A stretch of 42,343 nt of DNA from a virus. Taxonomy: Duplodnaviria > Caudoviricetes. Made by a program: the position numbers and the translations under genes. The stretch lies in IMG/VR virus record IMGVR_UViG_3300022897_000006, positions 1 to 42,343 of that record; one strand, 5' to 3'. This document shows, in pieces, positions 33,708 through 42,343 of the stretch. Each line of letters opens with the position of its first letter. Position 1 is the first letter of the stretch. The notes beneath the pieces are model-generated. The model saw only the letters and a program-made list of their open reading frames with translations. It searched no databases and had not been told where the DNA came from.

Positions 33708-34574
33708 ATGAGCGAGCAAGGGGATACCGTGGACAACGAGGCGCCGGCCTATACGCCTGGCACCGTTGTCCCTGCGATCATCGACGGACAGGACTGGGCC
33801 GCGTGCTTCGGCCTGTCCTGGGCGGACATGCTGCTCCATGACCAGGCCGTGTCCGGCAAGATCATCCGGCCGGGCGGGACATACTTCCGTCGGGTGGCCG
33901 GAACCATGGGCGTGGCCGCCGCTCGCAACCAGAACGTGGCCAGCTTCCTGGCCACGGACGCCGAGTGGCTGTTCATGGTGGACACGGACATGGGCTTCGC
34001 CGCGGACACCGTGGACAGGCTCCTGGCCAGCGCCGTGGCCAACAATGTGGGTGTCCTGGGTGCGCTGGCCTTCAGCCAGAGCCGGGACGCCGATGTGGTC
34101 CCGGGCGACTTCTACGCCCAGCGCTTCCGCATCCAGCCCACCATCTACTCCTACGCCCGCATCGAGTCCACGGGCGAGGTGGGTTTCCGGCCGGTCACCA
34201 AGTACAAGCGGGACGCCTTCCAACCCGTGGCGGGCACTGGGGCGGCCTGTGTGCTCATCCACCGGGATGTCCTGACCGATGTGGGGCCCGAGCCGTTCAT
34301 GCCCATCACGGACCCCAAGGGGGGCGGCAACGGCACGCCCCGCACCTTCAGCGAGGATCTCTCGTTCTGTATCCGGGTCCAGGGCGCCGGCCTCGAGATT
34401 GGCGTGGACACGTCGATCAAGACCACCCACTACAAGGGCGGGATCTTCCTGGACGAGACGACGTTCGCCATGCAACAGGAGACCTTGATCCAGGCCCGCG
34501 GGCACGCCATCGCGCGCCAGGTCGAGGCGTACACGCGCGCCGGCCTTGTCATCCCCAGGGGAGCATCGCTGTGA
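33708..34574 (+). CDS. Glycosyltransferase, GT-A / family 2-like
   Basis: AARN...WLFMVDTD...GAACVLIHR...SEDLSFC...H. Confidence 0.88.
   Translation: MSEQGDTVDNEAPAYTPGTVVPAIIDGQDWAACFGLSWADMLLHDQAVSGKIIRPGGTYFRRVAGTMGVAAARNQNVASFLATDAEWLFMVDTDMGFAADTVDRLLASAVANNVGVLGALAFSQSRDADVVPGDFYAQRFRIQPTIYSYARIESTGEVGFRPVTKYKRDAFQPVAGTGAACVLIHRDVLTDVGPEPFMPITDPKGGGNGTPRTFSEDLSFCIRVQGAGLEIGVDTSIKTTHYKGGIFLDETTFAMQQETLIQARGHAIARQVEAYTRAGLVIPRGASL
33731..34056. repeat. GGACA/TGTCC pentamer array inside the glycosyltransferase gene
   Basis: 12 copies in ~330 bp by manual count. Confidence 0.6.
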
Positions 34575-34702
34575 GCGTTCCCCCGTATTGCATCCGCCCA
34601 TGGCCGCGCGGCTGGCGTTGCACCCGAGAGTGCGACCACGCCGGCCCGTGCGCTCTCACCCCCCGCTGGTGGAATCTCAAGGGAAAGCGGGCCATGCGAT
34701 GA
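34571..34702 (+). CDS. Small Cys/His peptide (43 aa)
   Basis: GTGA and ATGA overlaps; CTRECDHAGPC. Confidence 0.55.
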   Translation: MSVPPYCIRPWPRGWRCTRECDHAGPCALTPRWWNLKGKRAMR

Positions 34703-35313
34703 CCGCTGTTGCGATCGGCGCCAGCTACGCCACGGTTGCCCAGCTCAAGTACCGGCTGGGCATCCCGGACTCGGACACGAGCAAGGACGCCGATCTCCAG
34801 GACAAGCTGAACAGCGCGTCGTCCGACGTCAACCTCTACACGGGCCGCCAGTTCGGCCGGGACGAGGTGGTCAGCGAGCGGACGTTCGCTCCTGGCCGGA
34901 CCGGGGTGGACACCCACGATTTCTGGACATCAACCGGCCTGGCCATTGTCCCGTACCTCGGACAGACCGCTGGGACACCCTGGACCGTGGCCGGGCTGGA
35001 GCTCTTCCCCACGGACGGGATCTGGGAGCAACAGCCCGGCTGGCCGTTCTGGCGGATCTGCTACGGCTGGTCCATGTCCGCCTTCTACTCGGCGTCCAAG
35101 GTGAAGGTCACGGCCAAGTGGGGATGGGCCGCCGTCCCGACCCCGGTCATCACGGCCACGCTGCTGTTGGCCGCGATGGACAACAAGGCCGGGGACGCCC
35201 CGTTCGGCGTGGCCGGGTTCGGGGACTACGCGGTCCGGGTGAAGAGCAACCCCATGGCCGAGGAGAAGCTCCGCCCGTACGTCAAGGACCCGATCAAGGT
35301 CGCGGGCTCGTGA
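34699..35313 (+). CDS. Head-to-tail adaptor
   Basis: YATVAQLK...ASSDVNLYTGRQF...VTAKWGWAAVP. Confidence 0.85.
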   Translation: MTAVAIGASYATVAQLKYRLGIPDSDTSKDADLQDKLNSASSDVNLYTGRQFGRDEVVSERTFAPGRTGVDTHDFWTSTGLAIVPYLGQTAGTPWTVAGLELFPTDGIWEQQPGWPFWRICYGWSMSAFYSASKVKVTAKWGWAAVPTPVITATLLLAAMDNKAGDAPFGVAGFGDYAVRVKSNPMAEEKLRPYVKDPIKVAGS

Positions 35314-35492
35314 TGGCCACCTTGACGGAACAGGTGGAAGAGCTGATCCAGATGGCTCACAAGATGGCCGAGGACACGGGCGTCCGTCAGCGCGTAGAGG
35401 CCGTTCGGGCACCGCAGGGTTTCTGGTACTACCAGACCCGGCAAACCGTCGCCTGGCCGCGCCGGCTTATGCGAATGGTCGCTGGCTCGTGA
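35313..35492 (+). CDS. Hypothetical protein (59 aa)
   Basis: TGATG and GTGA coupling. Confidence 0.6.
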   Translation: MATLTEQVEELIQMAHKMAEDTGVRQRVEAVRAPQGFWYYQTRQTVAWPRRLMRMVAGS

Positions 35493-35947
35493 GTGCACCG
35501 GCCGCTTACGACCTGAATGCGGTCTTCGACGCCCTGGCCGCCACCTGGAACAACCTGACCACCGGGGACGCCTACGGCGCCGTGGCCGAGAAGCTCACGT
35601 GCTACGCCGAGGTGGTTGGCCAGGTCAACGTCCCGGCGGTCGTCCTGGAGCTGGACGACCTGGACTGGGACCTGAACATGGCCGATGGGGCGGACGCCTT
35701 CACCATCGTGGCCACGATCCTGATCAAGACCCAGGAGACCAAGGGCGCCCAGCGGGCGCTCCGGCGCTTCCTGTCCCGGTCCCCGGGCGCTGGGGTGGCC
35801 AAGCTCAAAAAGGCACTCAAGGACAACCAGACGTTGGGTGGCCTCGTGTCCTACGCGGACATGACCACTGTCCGCCGGGTAGGCCTGATCAACTACGATG
35901 CCGTGGACTACCAGGGCGCCGAGCTAGTGATTGAGGTGGTCTCGTAA
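35489..35947 (+). CDS. Putative tail terminator
   Basis: Position; PAVVLE...QTLGGLV...YQGAELVIEV pattern. Confidence 0.65.
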   Translation: MSAPAAYDLNAVFDALAATWNNLTTGDAYGAVAEKLTCYAEVVGQVNVPAVVLELDDLDWDLNMADGADAFTIVATILIKTQETKGAQRALRRFLSRSPGAGVAKLKKALKDNQTLGGLVSYADMTTVRRVGLINYDAVDYQGAELVIEVVS

Positions 35948-36690
35948 TGACCTTCCTGCCCGGCTACGGCGTCAAGGTGCTGGCCAATGAGGTGTCCGTG
36001 TCCACCCTCGTGTCCGGCGTGGCCATGACCCACTCTCGGGGGGTGTCCGAGGTGACCACCGGCGGTCAGGTCATTGCGACCGCGGGCGCCTCGTTCGTAC
36101 CCGGCCTGATGTCCGGCACCATGGCGCTGCGGGGCCCGCAGGACAGCGTGGGCGCCACCGGGCTGCACGCCGAGATCGCCTCGGCCATCGGCGTGCACAG
36201 CGCGCTGCTGCTGACCGCGCTCCCGGGTGGGGATGCCCTCGGCGCGCCGGCCCTGTTCGCCATGGGTGACCCCACGGACTGGGGCATAGACGCATCCGTG
36301 TCCGACGCTGTGGGCTTCACGATGTCCGCCGCCGCAGACGAGTCCGTGGAGATGGGCTGGGTCCTGCACTCGCTGGCGGCCGAGACTGCGGACGGCAACT
36401 CGGCCAGCATCGACCGCGGCGCCGCGCCGAGCACGCCCACCACCCATGGGGGCGCTTTCGGTCTCCACGTCACGGCCTTCTCCGGCCTGACCTCGGCCGC
36501 ACTGAAGGTCCAGCACTCTCCGGACAACAGCGCGTGGGCCGACCTGGCCTCGTTCGTGTCCGTGACCGCCGTGGGATTCCAGCTGGTGAAACTGGCGCCC
36601 ACGGTCACGGTCAACCGTTATCTCCGTTGCGTCACCGACGTGACGGGTACCGGCTCGGTCACCTTCCTGATGACCGCGGCTCCCCGCTAG
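35947..36690 (+). CDS. Tail tube-like protein with extra C-terminal domain
   Basis: Shares SEVT..G...P.L and DA.VSD.V motifs with the next gene. Confidence 0.6.
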   Translation: MTFLPGYGVKVLANEVSVSTLVSGVAMTHSRGVSEVTTGGQVIATAGASFVPGLMSGTMALRGPQDSVGATGLHAEIASAIGVHSALLLTALPGGDALGAPALFAMGDPTDWGIDASVSDAVGFTMSAAADESVEMGWVLHSLAAETADGNSASIDRGAAPSTPTTHGGAFGLHVTAFSGLTSAALKVQHSPDNSAWADLASFVSVTAVGFQLVKLAPTVTVNRYLRCVTDVTGTGSVTFLMTAAPR

Positions 36691-36705
36691 GAAAGGTCCG
36701 CACTC

Positions 36706-37131
36706 ATGTCTTTCGTCCACGGTAAGGACGCTGTCTTCTCGCTGGACGATGGCGGGGGCGTGCTGCGAAACATCGCCATCTACCTCAACGGCGTGTCCGG
36801 CCTCCCGGGCGCCCGCGCGCTGTCCGAGGTGACCGCCTTCGGAGACCAGGGCGTCAAGAGCATCCCCTCCCTGGCCAATGTCCAGTTCTCCCTCACTGGC
36901 CACTTCGACGCGACCGCCACCACGGGCTCCTTCACCGTGCTCAACAGTCTGCGGACCGCGACTGCCACAGCGACCGCCCAATACGGTCCCGCTGGCAGCA
37001 CGGTCGGCAACGTCAAGATGACGGCCGAATGCTGGATGACCGAGTTGTCCGTGGACGCCACGGTCTCGGACCGGGTGCCCATCGCGGCCAGCTTCCAGGT
37101 GGACGGCGTTCCGACCGTGGGTGTGTTCTAG
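36706..37131 (+). CDS. Major tail (tube) protein
   Basis: MSFVHGKD...SEVTAFGD...SFQVDG; size and position. Confidence 0.75.
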   Translation: MSFVHGKDAVFSLDDGGGVLRNIAIYLNGVSGLPGARALSEVTAFGDQGVKSIPSLANVQFSLTGHFDATATTGSFTVLNSLRTATATATAQYGPAGSTVGNVKMTAECWMTELSVDATVSDRVPIAASFQVDGVPTVGVF

Positions 37132-37133
37132 GC

Positions 37134-37604
37134 ATGGCGTTGGAGGTACGGATCTCGGGCGCCCAGGACTTCAAGAAGCTGGCTGCCCAGATCCGTACCG
37201 AGGGCCGCAAGGATCTCTCCAGGCAACTGGACAAGGCCCTGGCCCGTACTGTGGTTCCGGTGGAGAAGTCGATCAAGCTGGAGTCCGCCCAGACCATGCC
37301 CAAGTCGGGCGGGTATGCGGGGGAGATGAGCCGGTCTCTGCGGTTCAAGACCCAGAAGCGGACGGGCGGCAACTCGGCCAGCTACAGCTTGATCACCTAC
37401 GCGGACGGCAAGGCGGAACGCCGGGATATCCGGGCGCTGGAGGCGGGTAACCTCCGGCACCCAATCTTCGGCAACCGCAAGACCTGGGCGTTGACTAAGA
37501 TCCGCCCAGGGTTCCACAAGCGGGGAACGGACAACGCGGCAGACGAGGCCGCGCAGCAGATGGACGAGGTGGTCCGCGAGTTCGCGGCCCGCCTGATCAA
37601 GTAA
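37134..37604 (+). CDS. Neck/tail completion protein (HK97 gp10-like)
   Basis: Basic helical protein, LRHPIFGNR...W...PGF. Confidence 0.6.
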   Translation: MALEVRISGAQDFKKLAAQIRTEGRKDLSRQLDKALARTVVPVEKSIKLESAQTMPKSGGYAGEMSRSLRFKTQKRTGGNSASYSLITYADGKAERRDIRALEAGNLRHPIFGNRKTWALTKIRPGFHKRGTDNAADEAAQQMDEVVREFAARLIK

Positions 37605-37621
37605 CGAGCGAGGAGAGCGAG

Positions 37622-38074
37622 ATGGACGAGAAGAGGTTGTTGGCGCCGATGCGCTTCCGGTTCACGGAGCCGGAGGACGTCAAGCGCTGGGGGGACCGTT
37701 GGTACGTCTACGACGAGCACAAGATCGTACGGGCGCCGGCCCGAGACCTGGTGGCCCTGGAGGCCGAGCTGGGCATGAGCCTCGTGGCGGCCATGAACGG
37801 CTTCCGGTCGGACACCGCGCTGGGCAACCTGGCCGGGTGCTGGATGGCGGTCCGGGACGTGGACCCGAACCTGGCCGGGCCGTTTGACGACTTCAGTCCG
37901 ATGATCATGCTCATTACCTACGAGGCCGTTCCGGCCGAGGAGGCCGAGGACTCGGGAAAAGCCGCGGACCCGGTGGAGGACTCGCCTATCTCGCAGGCCT
38001 CCAGCGAGTCCGCCCCAGCCTCGGCGCCGCCGCCTACAGTCGTTTTGCAGACCTTGCCGCCAGCGGCATTGTGA
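37622..38074 (+). CDS. Tail assembly chaperone
   Basis: Precedes tape measure; in-frame slippery G GGA AAA at 37954-37960. Confidence 0.85.
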   Translation: MDEKRLLAPMRFRFTEPEDVKRWGDRWYVYDEHKIVRAPARDLVALEAELGMSLVAAMNGFRSDTALGNLAGCWMAVRDVDPNLAGPFDDFSPMIMLITYEAVPAEEAEDSGKAADPVEDSPISQASSESAPASAPPPTVVLQTLPPAAL

Positions 38075-38205
38075 CGTTGCTCGATGCCTGGGCTCCGGTG
38101 TTCGCCGTGAGTCTGGGCATCGATCGGGACCAGATGGAGGCCATGAACATCCCCCAGATGGTGGATCATCTTGACTACTGGCACGAGATCCACGAGAAGA
38201 GGTAG
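37622..38205 (+). CDS. Tail assembly chaperone, -1 frameshifted long form
   Basis: -1 frame is open from 37960 to TAG 38203-38205, ending 2 nt before tape measure ATG. Confidence 0.8.
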
Positions 38206-38207
38206 CC

Positions 38208-40193
38208 ATGGCCGCGAGTGAAAAGCGCCAGCTCATCCTGGATCTCCTCGCCCGCAACAAGATGGGCGGGGACACGGCCGCCGCCGCCCGGGACATCGAC
38301 AAGGTGGGGGATGCGGCCGAGGAGGCCAGCCGGGATACGGAGAAGTTCGGCAAGGAATCGGTCATCGCCGGCCAGGGCGCGGCGCGCCTGGGCAAGGAGT
38401 CGGACAAGACCGGCCGCCAGGTCGGCAAGCTCTCGGCGGAGATTGAGCTGGCCAAGCGGGAGCTGGAGAGCCTCGCCCGATCGTTCGCGGACACCGACGA
38501 TGCGGCCGAGCGGCTGGACATCAGTAAGGGCATCCGCAAGGGCGAGAACGACATCCGGCGCCTGACCAAGAGCAAGAGCCTGCTGGAGGATCTCCTCCCG
38601 GACCCCAACCCGGCCGATACCCGTAAGTGGACCCAGAAGCTGGGCGACCAGATCAAATCCGGCCTGGAGGCGTTCAAGGGCTCTCTGCCCCTGCTGGGGA
38701 CCGGGCTGGGTGCGGCCCTCGCTCCCGGCCTGGCGGTCACCCTGGCCTCGGCCGTGACTGGGGGCGTAGGCCTGGGCGGGATCATCGGCGGCGTGGCCAT
38801 CGCGGCCCAGGACCCGGCGGTCACAGCCAAGGCCACAGACATCGGGACCCGGTTCTCCAAGAGCGTCCAGGACTCAGCCAAGAATGCTTTCCTGGGTCCC
38901 GTTCTCGAGAGTCTGGACCAGCTGGGCAAGTTGGCCGATCGCAGCGCCCCCAAGTTGGGCAGGATCTTCGATCTCACGGCGCCGAGCGTGCAGCACCTCA
39001 CGGACAACGTGACCCGGCTCGGGGACAGCCTGCTGGATGACCTGGAGTACGCCGCCGGCAAGAGCGGCTCCTCCATCAACGCCCTCGGTGACCTGGTGGA
39101 GCACACCGGGGAGAGCGTGGGCAACCTGGTCGCCACCTTGTCCGACAACGCCGATTCCGGCGCCAGTGCGATCGGCCTACTGGACAAGGGCATCCAGCAG
39201 ACCATCGGGGACGTGGGAACGATCCTGGACGTTCTGGGCAAGCTCTACGGCGTGTTCGGCAGCGTCAACGACAAGGTGACAGAACTGACCGGGGGACTGG
39301 GCATCCTCCAGGCCCTCGATCCGGTGGAGCCCTTCCGCCTGCTCTACGACGGGATCAAGGGCGCTGACGAGGAGATGGGCACCTTCACCCGTCACGTTCC
39401 GCCTGCCGTGGACGCCACCGGCAAGCTGACGGAGAGCTCGGAGAATGCGGCCAAGGCCGCGGACGGCCACCGGGACGCCCTGGTGGGCCTGTCCAATGAG
39501 CTGAAGGCCGAAACTGATCCGGTGTTCGGACTGCTCAACGCCCAGCAGAAGCTGAAGAACGCCCAGGACGATGTGGCCGAGTCGACCAAGGAGCACGGCC
39601 GCAACAGCGCCGAGACCAAGGCCGCCCTGCGGGATCTCGCCCTGGCCGCCATCGATCTCCAGGGCCGCGCCGGTGGGTTGGCCGGATCGTTCAACGGCAA
39701 CCTGACTCCGGCCATGCGCTCCACCCTGAAGGCCGCCGGCCTGACCGAGGACCAGATCAACGACATCGCCGGGGAGTTCAAGAGCGCCAAGAAGGCCGGG
39801 GACGCCTACGCGCGCACGTACGCGGCCACGGCCAAGCTGACTACGGTCTACAAGACCATCTATTCCACCAACAACGAGAACAGCCCGGGGGTGGGCTCGG
39901 CCGTTCGCGACCGCCGGGCCTCGGGTGGTCCGATCATGCGCGGCACGCCCTACCTCGTGGGCGAGAACGGACCGGAGGTGGTAGTGCCCAACGCAGCCGG
40001 CCGCGTGCTCTCGGCTGCCTCCTCGCGTGGTTTCGCCTCGGCTGGGGGCTCCCCGGTCGGTGGCGGGGGCGGCTGGTCCGCCGGCCCGATGACCGTCAAG
40101 CTGGAGCTGGTGGGGCAGCACGAGGTGGTCTCCGCTTTCCGTGGCCTGATCCGCACCGCCAACCTTCTCCAGGACGGCCAGGTGGCCAGCTGA
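38208..40193 (+). CDS. Tape measure protein
   Basis: 661 aa Ala/Gly/Leu-rich helical; C-terminal RASGGP...YLVGENGPE. Confidence 0.92.
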   Translation: MAASEKRQLILDLLARNKMGGDTAAAARDIDKVGDAAEEASRDTEKFGKESVIAGQGAARLGKESDKTGRQVGKLSAEIELAKRELESLARSFADTDDAAERLDISKGIRKGENDIRRLTKSKSLLEDLLPDPNPADTRKWTQKLGDQIKSGLEAFKGSLPLLGTGLGAALAPGLAVTLASAVTGGVGLGGIIGGVAIAAQDPAVTAKATDIGTRFSKSVQDSAKNAFLGPVLESLDQLGKLADRSAPKLGRIFDLTAPSVQHLTDNVTRLGDSLLDDLEYAAGKSGSSINALGDLVEHTGESVGNLVATLSDNADSGASAIGLLDKGIQQTIGDVGTILDVLGKLYGVFGSVNDKVTELTGGLGILQALDPVEPFRLLYDGIKGADEEMGTFTRHVPPAVDATGKLTESSENAAKAADGHRDALVGLSNELKAETDPVFGLLNAQQKLKNAQDDVAESTKEHGRNSAETKAALRDLALAAIDLQGRAGGLAGSFNGNLTPAMRSTLKAAGLTEDQINDIAGEFKSAKKAGDAYARTYAATAKLTTVYKTIYSTNNENSPGVGSAVRDRRASGGPIMRGTPYLVGENGPEVVVPNAAGRVLSAASSRGFASAGGSPVGGGGGWSAGPMTVKLELVGQHEVVSAFRGLIRTANLLQDGQVAS

Positions 40194-42343
40194 TGGCGGT
40201 TCCCCCGTTCACGGTCAAGCTGTGGATCTACCCCGGCGCCAACCCGGCTGCCTCCCCCAGCGCCTGGGGCCTCCAGCAGGATGTCTCGGCCTACATCCGG
40301 CACCCGGGTAGCGACGGCGGTCAGCCGGTCAGCTACACGGCTGGACGCCAGGACGAGGCCGCCCAGGTGGACGCCGGAACCATCAGCCTGACCCTGGACA
40401 ACCGGGACGGCCGCTTCTCCACCCATAACGCGCTGGGGCCGTGGGCCGGCCTGCTGGACACCAACACGCCGTATCGGTTCGGCGTGCAGTCCGGCTACGA
40501 CTCCTTCAACCGGACCGCCAGCTCCCTGGGCACGTCGGACTCCGGCCTGGTCTGGGGAGGCAACACCTACGCCACCAACGGCTCTGTAGCGCTGGGCTCG
40601 CTCGCCAGCGCGAACACGGCCAACCAGGTCCGCCTGATCGATTCCGGCTCGGCCGATTACGAAATGCTCTTCACCGCCTCCTGCTCTGTGGTCACCACCG
40701 GTGGGGCGTTCATCGCGAGCGGTCAGCAGTGGGCGGACCCCAACAACATCCTGATCTACGGACTGGAGTTCTCTCCGGCCGGAGTCCTGGTAGCCAAGAT
40801 CCAGAGCTATGTGAACGCGGTCGGATACAACCAGGTGGGCAGCAGCAGCACCCTGCCTTATACGTACGCCGCCGGGGACCGGTTCCGGGTGCGATGCCAG
40901 CGGGACGGCGCCGAGGTCAGGATGAAAGCCTGGCCGGAATTGGGCACCGAACCTGTGGCGTGGCAGGCCGTGGGAACGGAGAGCGCGCTCCCGCCAGGAG
41001 ACCTCGGTTTCTACACCTGGCGCACGTCGGGCGTGACCAATGTGGGTGTGATCGTTGCCTCGTATGACAATTTCGAGACCACGGCCATTGAGCAGAGCGG
41101 CACCGTGGTTCAGTGGCCGGTCCGCTGGGACAAGAGCGGCAACAACTCGTGGGCGCCCATCTCCGGCGCCGGCATCCTGCGGCGCCTTCAGAACGGCAAG
41201 ACCAATCGCAAGAGCCCGCTGACCAGGCAGTTGGCCGCCTACTCGCCCACCGGCTTCTGGCCGCTGGAGGACGCCACTGGCTCGGTCTCGTTCGCCGCCA
41301 CGGTGCCGGGCACCCAACCGGGTTTGTTCAAGAACGTCAACCTCGCGGCCGATTCCACTCTGCCTGGGTCATCGGTTTCCCCGGTGTTCGCCAATGACGC
41401 CGGATGGATCAAGGTAAGCAGTAACAAGAACCACAGCTCTGACGGTTTCTCAGCCATGTTCTTTACCAAGTTCTCTGCCATCCCCTCGGGCAAGACCGCT
41501 TTCTGCACATTGCAGACCACGGGCCGCGCGGTCCGCTGGGTCATATCGATCGACTCGGCCAACACCTACGTGGACGCCTACGACTCGGACGACAACTTGT
41601 TGTCCTCTGCGGTGAATGCCTTCGCTCCCCAGGACCCTTTGCAATGGATGTCCTGGCAATTGGAGACCGCCATTTCCGGCGGCAATACCTCGTGGTCGTT
41701 CCTGTCCAATCAGGTGGGCCAGGCAACCTATTACGTCCAGGCCGGTTCGCATTCCAGCACGGTCATCAGCCAGGTCCGATCCATGGTGATCGGCTCCAAG
41801 ACCTTGTCCGGCCTGGCCGTGGCCGATCTCTGGATGGGGCCCAATACCCTGCCGTTCGTCACGGACTCCTTCTCGCTGGTCTCGGACGGCTACCGCTCCG
41901 AGCTGGCCTCGGACCGCATCCGGCGGATCTGCCTGGAGGAGGGCATCCCGGTCACGATCGAGGCGGGCGTGTCCGACCCCTGCGGACCCCAGCAGGAGGC
42001 CAGCGCCCTGGACAGCCTCCGGGCGGCCGAGGCCGCGGACATGGGCATCCTCTACGAGCGGGGGACCGGCCTCGGATATCGGCCGCGCTCGGCCCGGTAC
42101 CGCCAGAGCGTGCTCATGGCGCTGACCGTGGCCGCCGGCCAGATCGATGATCCACCCGAGCCGATCATGGATGACCAGCGGCGAGCCAACAGCGTGACCG
42201 TGAGCCGGGTGGGTGGTTCCAGCGCCACGGTGACCGACGCCGCCAACGTGGCCCGCATCGGTTACTACCCGGGGCCGACCCCCTCCTTGAACGTCTACAC
42301 GGACGACGTGCTCCCGTGGCACGCCGGCTGGCGTGTCTACCTC
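40193..42343 (+). CDS. Minor tail protein (continues across the join to 725), not in ORF track
   Basis: TGATG overlap with tape measure; MAVPPFTVKLWIY...LTLDNRDGRFS...FWPLED; no stop before window end. Confidence 0.85.
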   Translation, partial: MAVPPFTVKLWIYPGANPAASPSAWGLQQDVSAYIRHPGSDGGQPVSYTAGRQDEAAQVDAGTISLTLDNRDGRFSTHNALGPWAGLLDTNTPYRFGVQSGYDSFNRTASSLGTSDSGLVWGGNTYATNGSVALGSLASANTANQVRLIDSGSADYEMLFTASCSVVTTGGAFIASGQQWADPNNILIYGLEFSPAGVLVAKIQSYVNAVGYNQVGSSSTLPYTYAAGDRFRVRCQRDGAEVRMKAWPELGTEPVAWQAVGTESALPPGDLGFYTWRTSGVTNVGVIVASYDNFETTAIEQSGTVVQWPVRWDKSGNNSWAPISGAGILRRLQNGKTNRKSPLTRQLAAYSPTGFWPLEDATGSVSFAATVPGTQPGLFKNVNLAADSTLPGSSVSPVFANDAGWIKVSSNKNHSSDGFSAMFFTKFSAIPSGKTAFCTLQTTGRAVRWVISIDSANTYVDAYDSDDNLLSSAVNAFAPQDPLQWMSWQLETAISGGNTSWSFLSNQVGQATYYVQAGSHSSTVISQVRSMVIGSKTLSGLAVADLWMGPNTLPFVTDSFSLVSDGYRSELASDRIRRICLEEGIPVTIEAGVSDPCGPQQEASALDSLRAAEAADMGILYERGTGLGYRPRSARYRQSVLMALTVAAGQIDDPPEPIMDDQRRANSVTVSRVGGSSATVTDAANVARIGYYPGPTPSLNVYTDDVLPWHAGWRVYL
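42177..42343 (+). repeat. Terminal overlap, copy 2
   Basis: Direct repeat of 1..167 with one mismatch; lies inside a coding sequence, so probably a circular-assembly overlap. Confidence 0.97.

Larger units (their letters stand above)
1..42343. mobile_element. Complete, circularly permuted actinobacterial siphovirus-like phage genome (unit length ~42176 bp)
   Basis: Full head, tail, lysis and replication gene sets; no host genes; window ends overlap by 167 bp and one tail gene runs in frame across the join. Confidence 0.93.

Noticed and set aside
35993-36330. Possible fourth TGTCC cluster in the tail-tube-like gene
   Set aside because: Nearly all copies are in one orientation and arise from common GTG TCC / ATG TCC codon pairs

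Overview
The window is an apparently complete, circularly permuted ~42.2-kb genome (ends overlap by 167 bp) of a high-GC siphovirus-like phage, most likely of a filamentous actinomycete. It has an HK97-type head module (packaging HNH, terminase, portal, protease, capsid), a glycosyltransferase, two tail-tube paralogues, a -1 frameshifted tail chaperone, a tape measure, minor tail genes and a lysis cassette. The replication region encodes an SF2 helicase, a RecD/Dda-like helicase, a primase-helicase followed by a 40-bp inverted-repeat candidate origin, an exonuclease, an SSB-like protein and endonuclease VII. I found no integrase, clear repressor or ParAB. The most unusual part is 3.8-9.5 kb, which resembles an actinomycete plasmid/AICE transfer-and-spread module: a TraB/FtsK-like translocase, a DUF2637 membrane-HTH protein, a DUF3307 protein, a membrane-anchored GIY-YIG protein, small membrane proteins and a secreted crystallin/I36-like protein. 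Dense GGACA/TGTCC arrays are embedded in the translocase, DUF2637 and glycosyltransferase genes. I hypothesise a phage-encoded system for virion-independent movement of phage DNA through or between hyphae. Also noted: about 12 copies of a GCTATAG promoter motif, a tRNA-like mini-element, and an FYD peptide motif shared by four proteins of the replication region. All family assignments come from motif recognition by eye and all counts are manual; no database searches were run.
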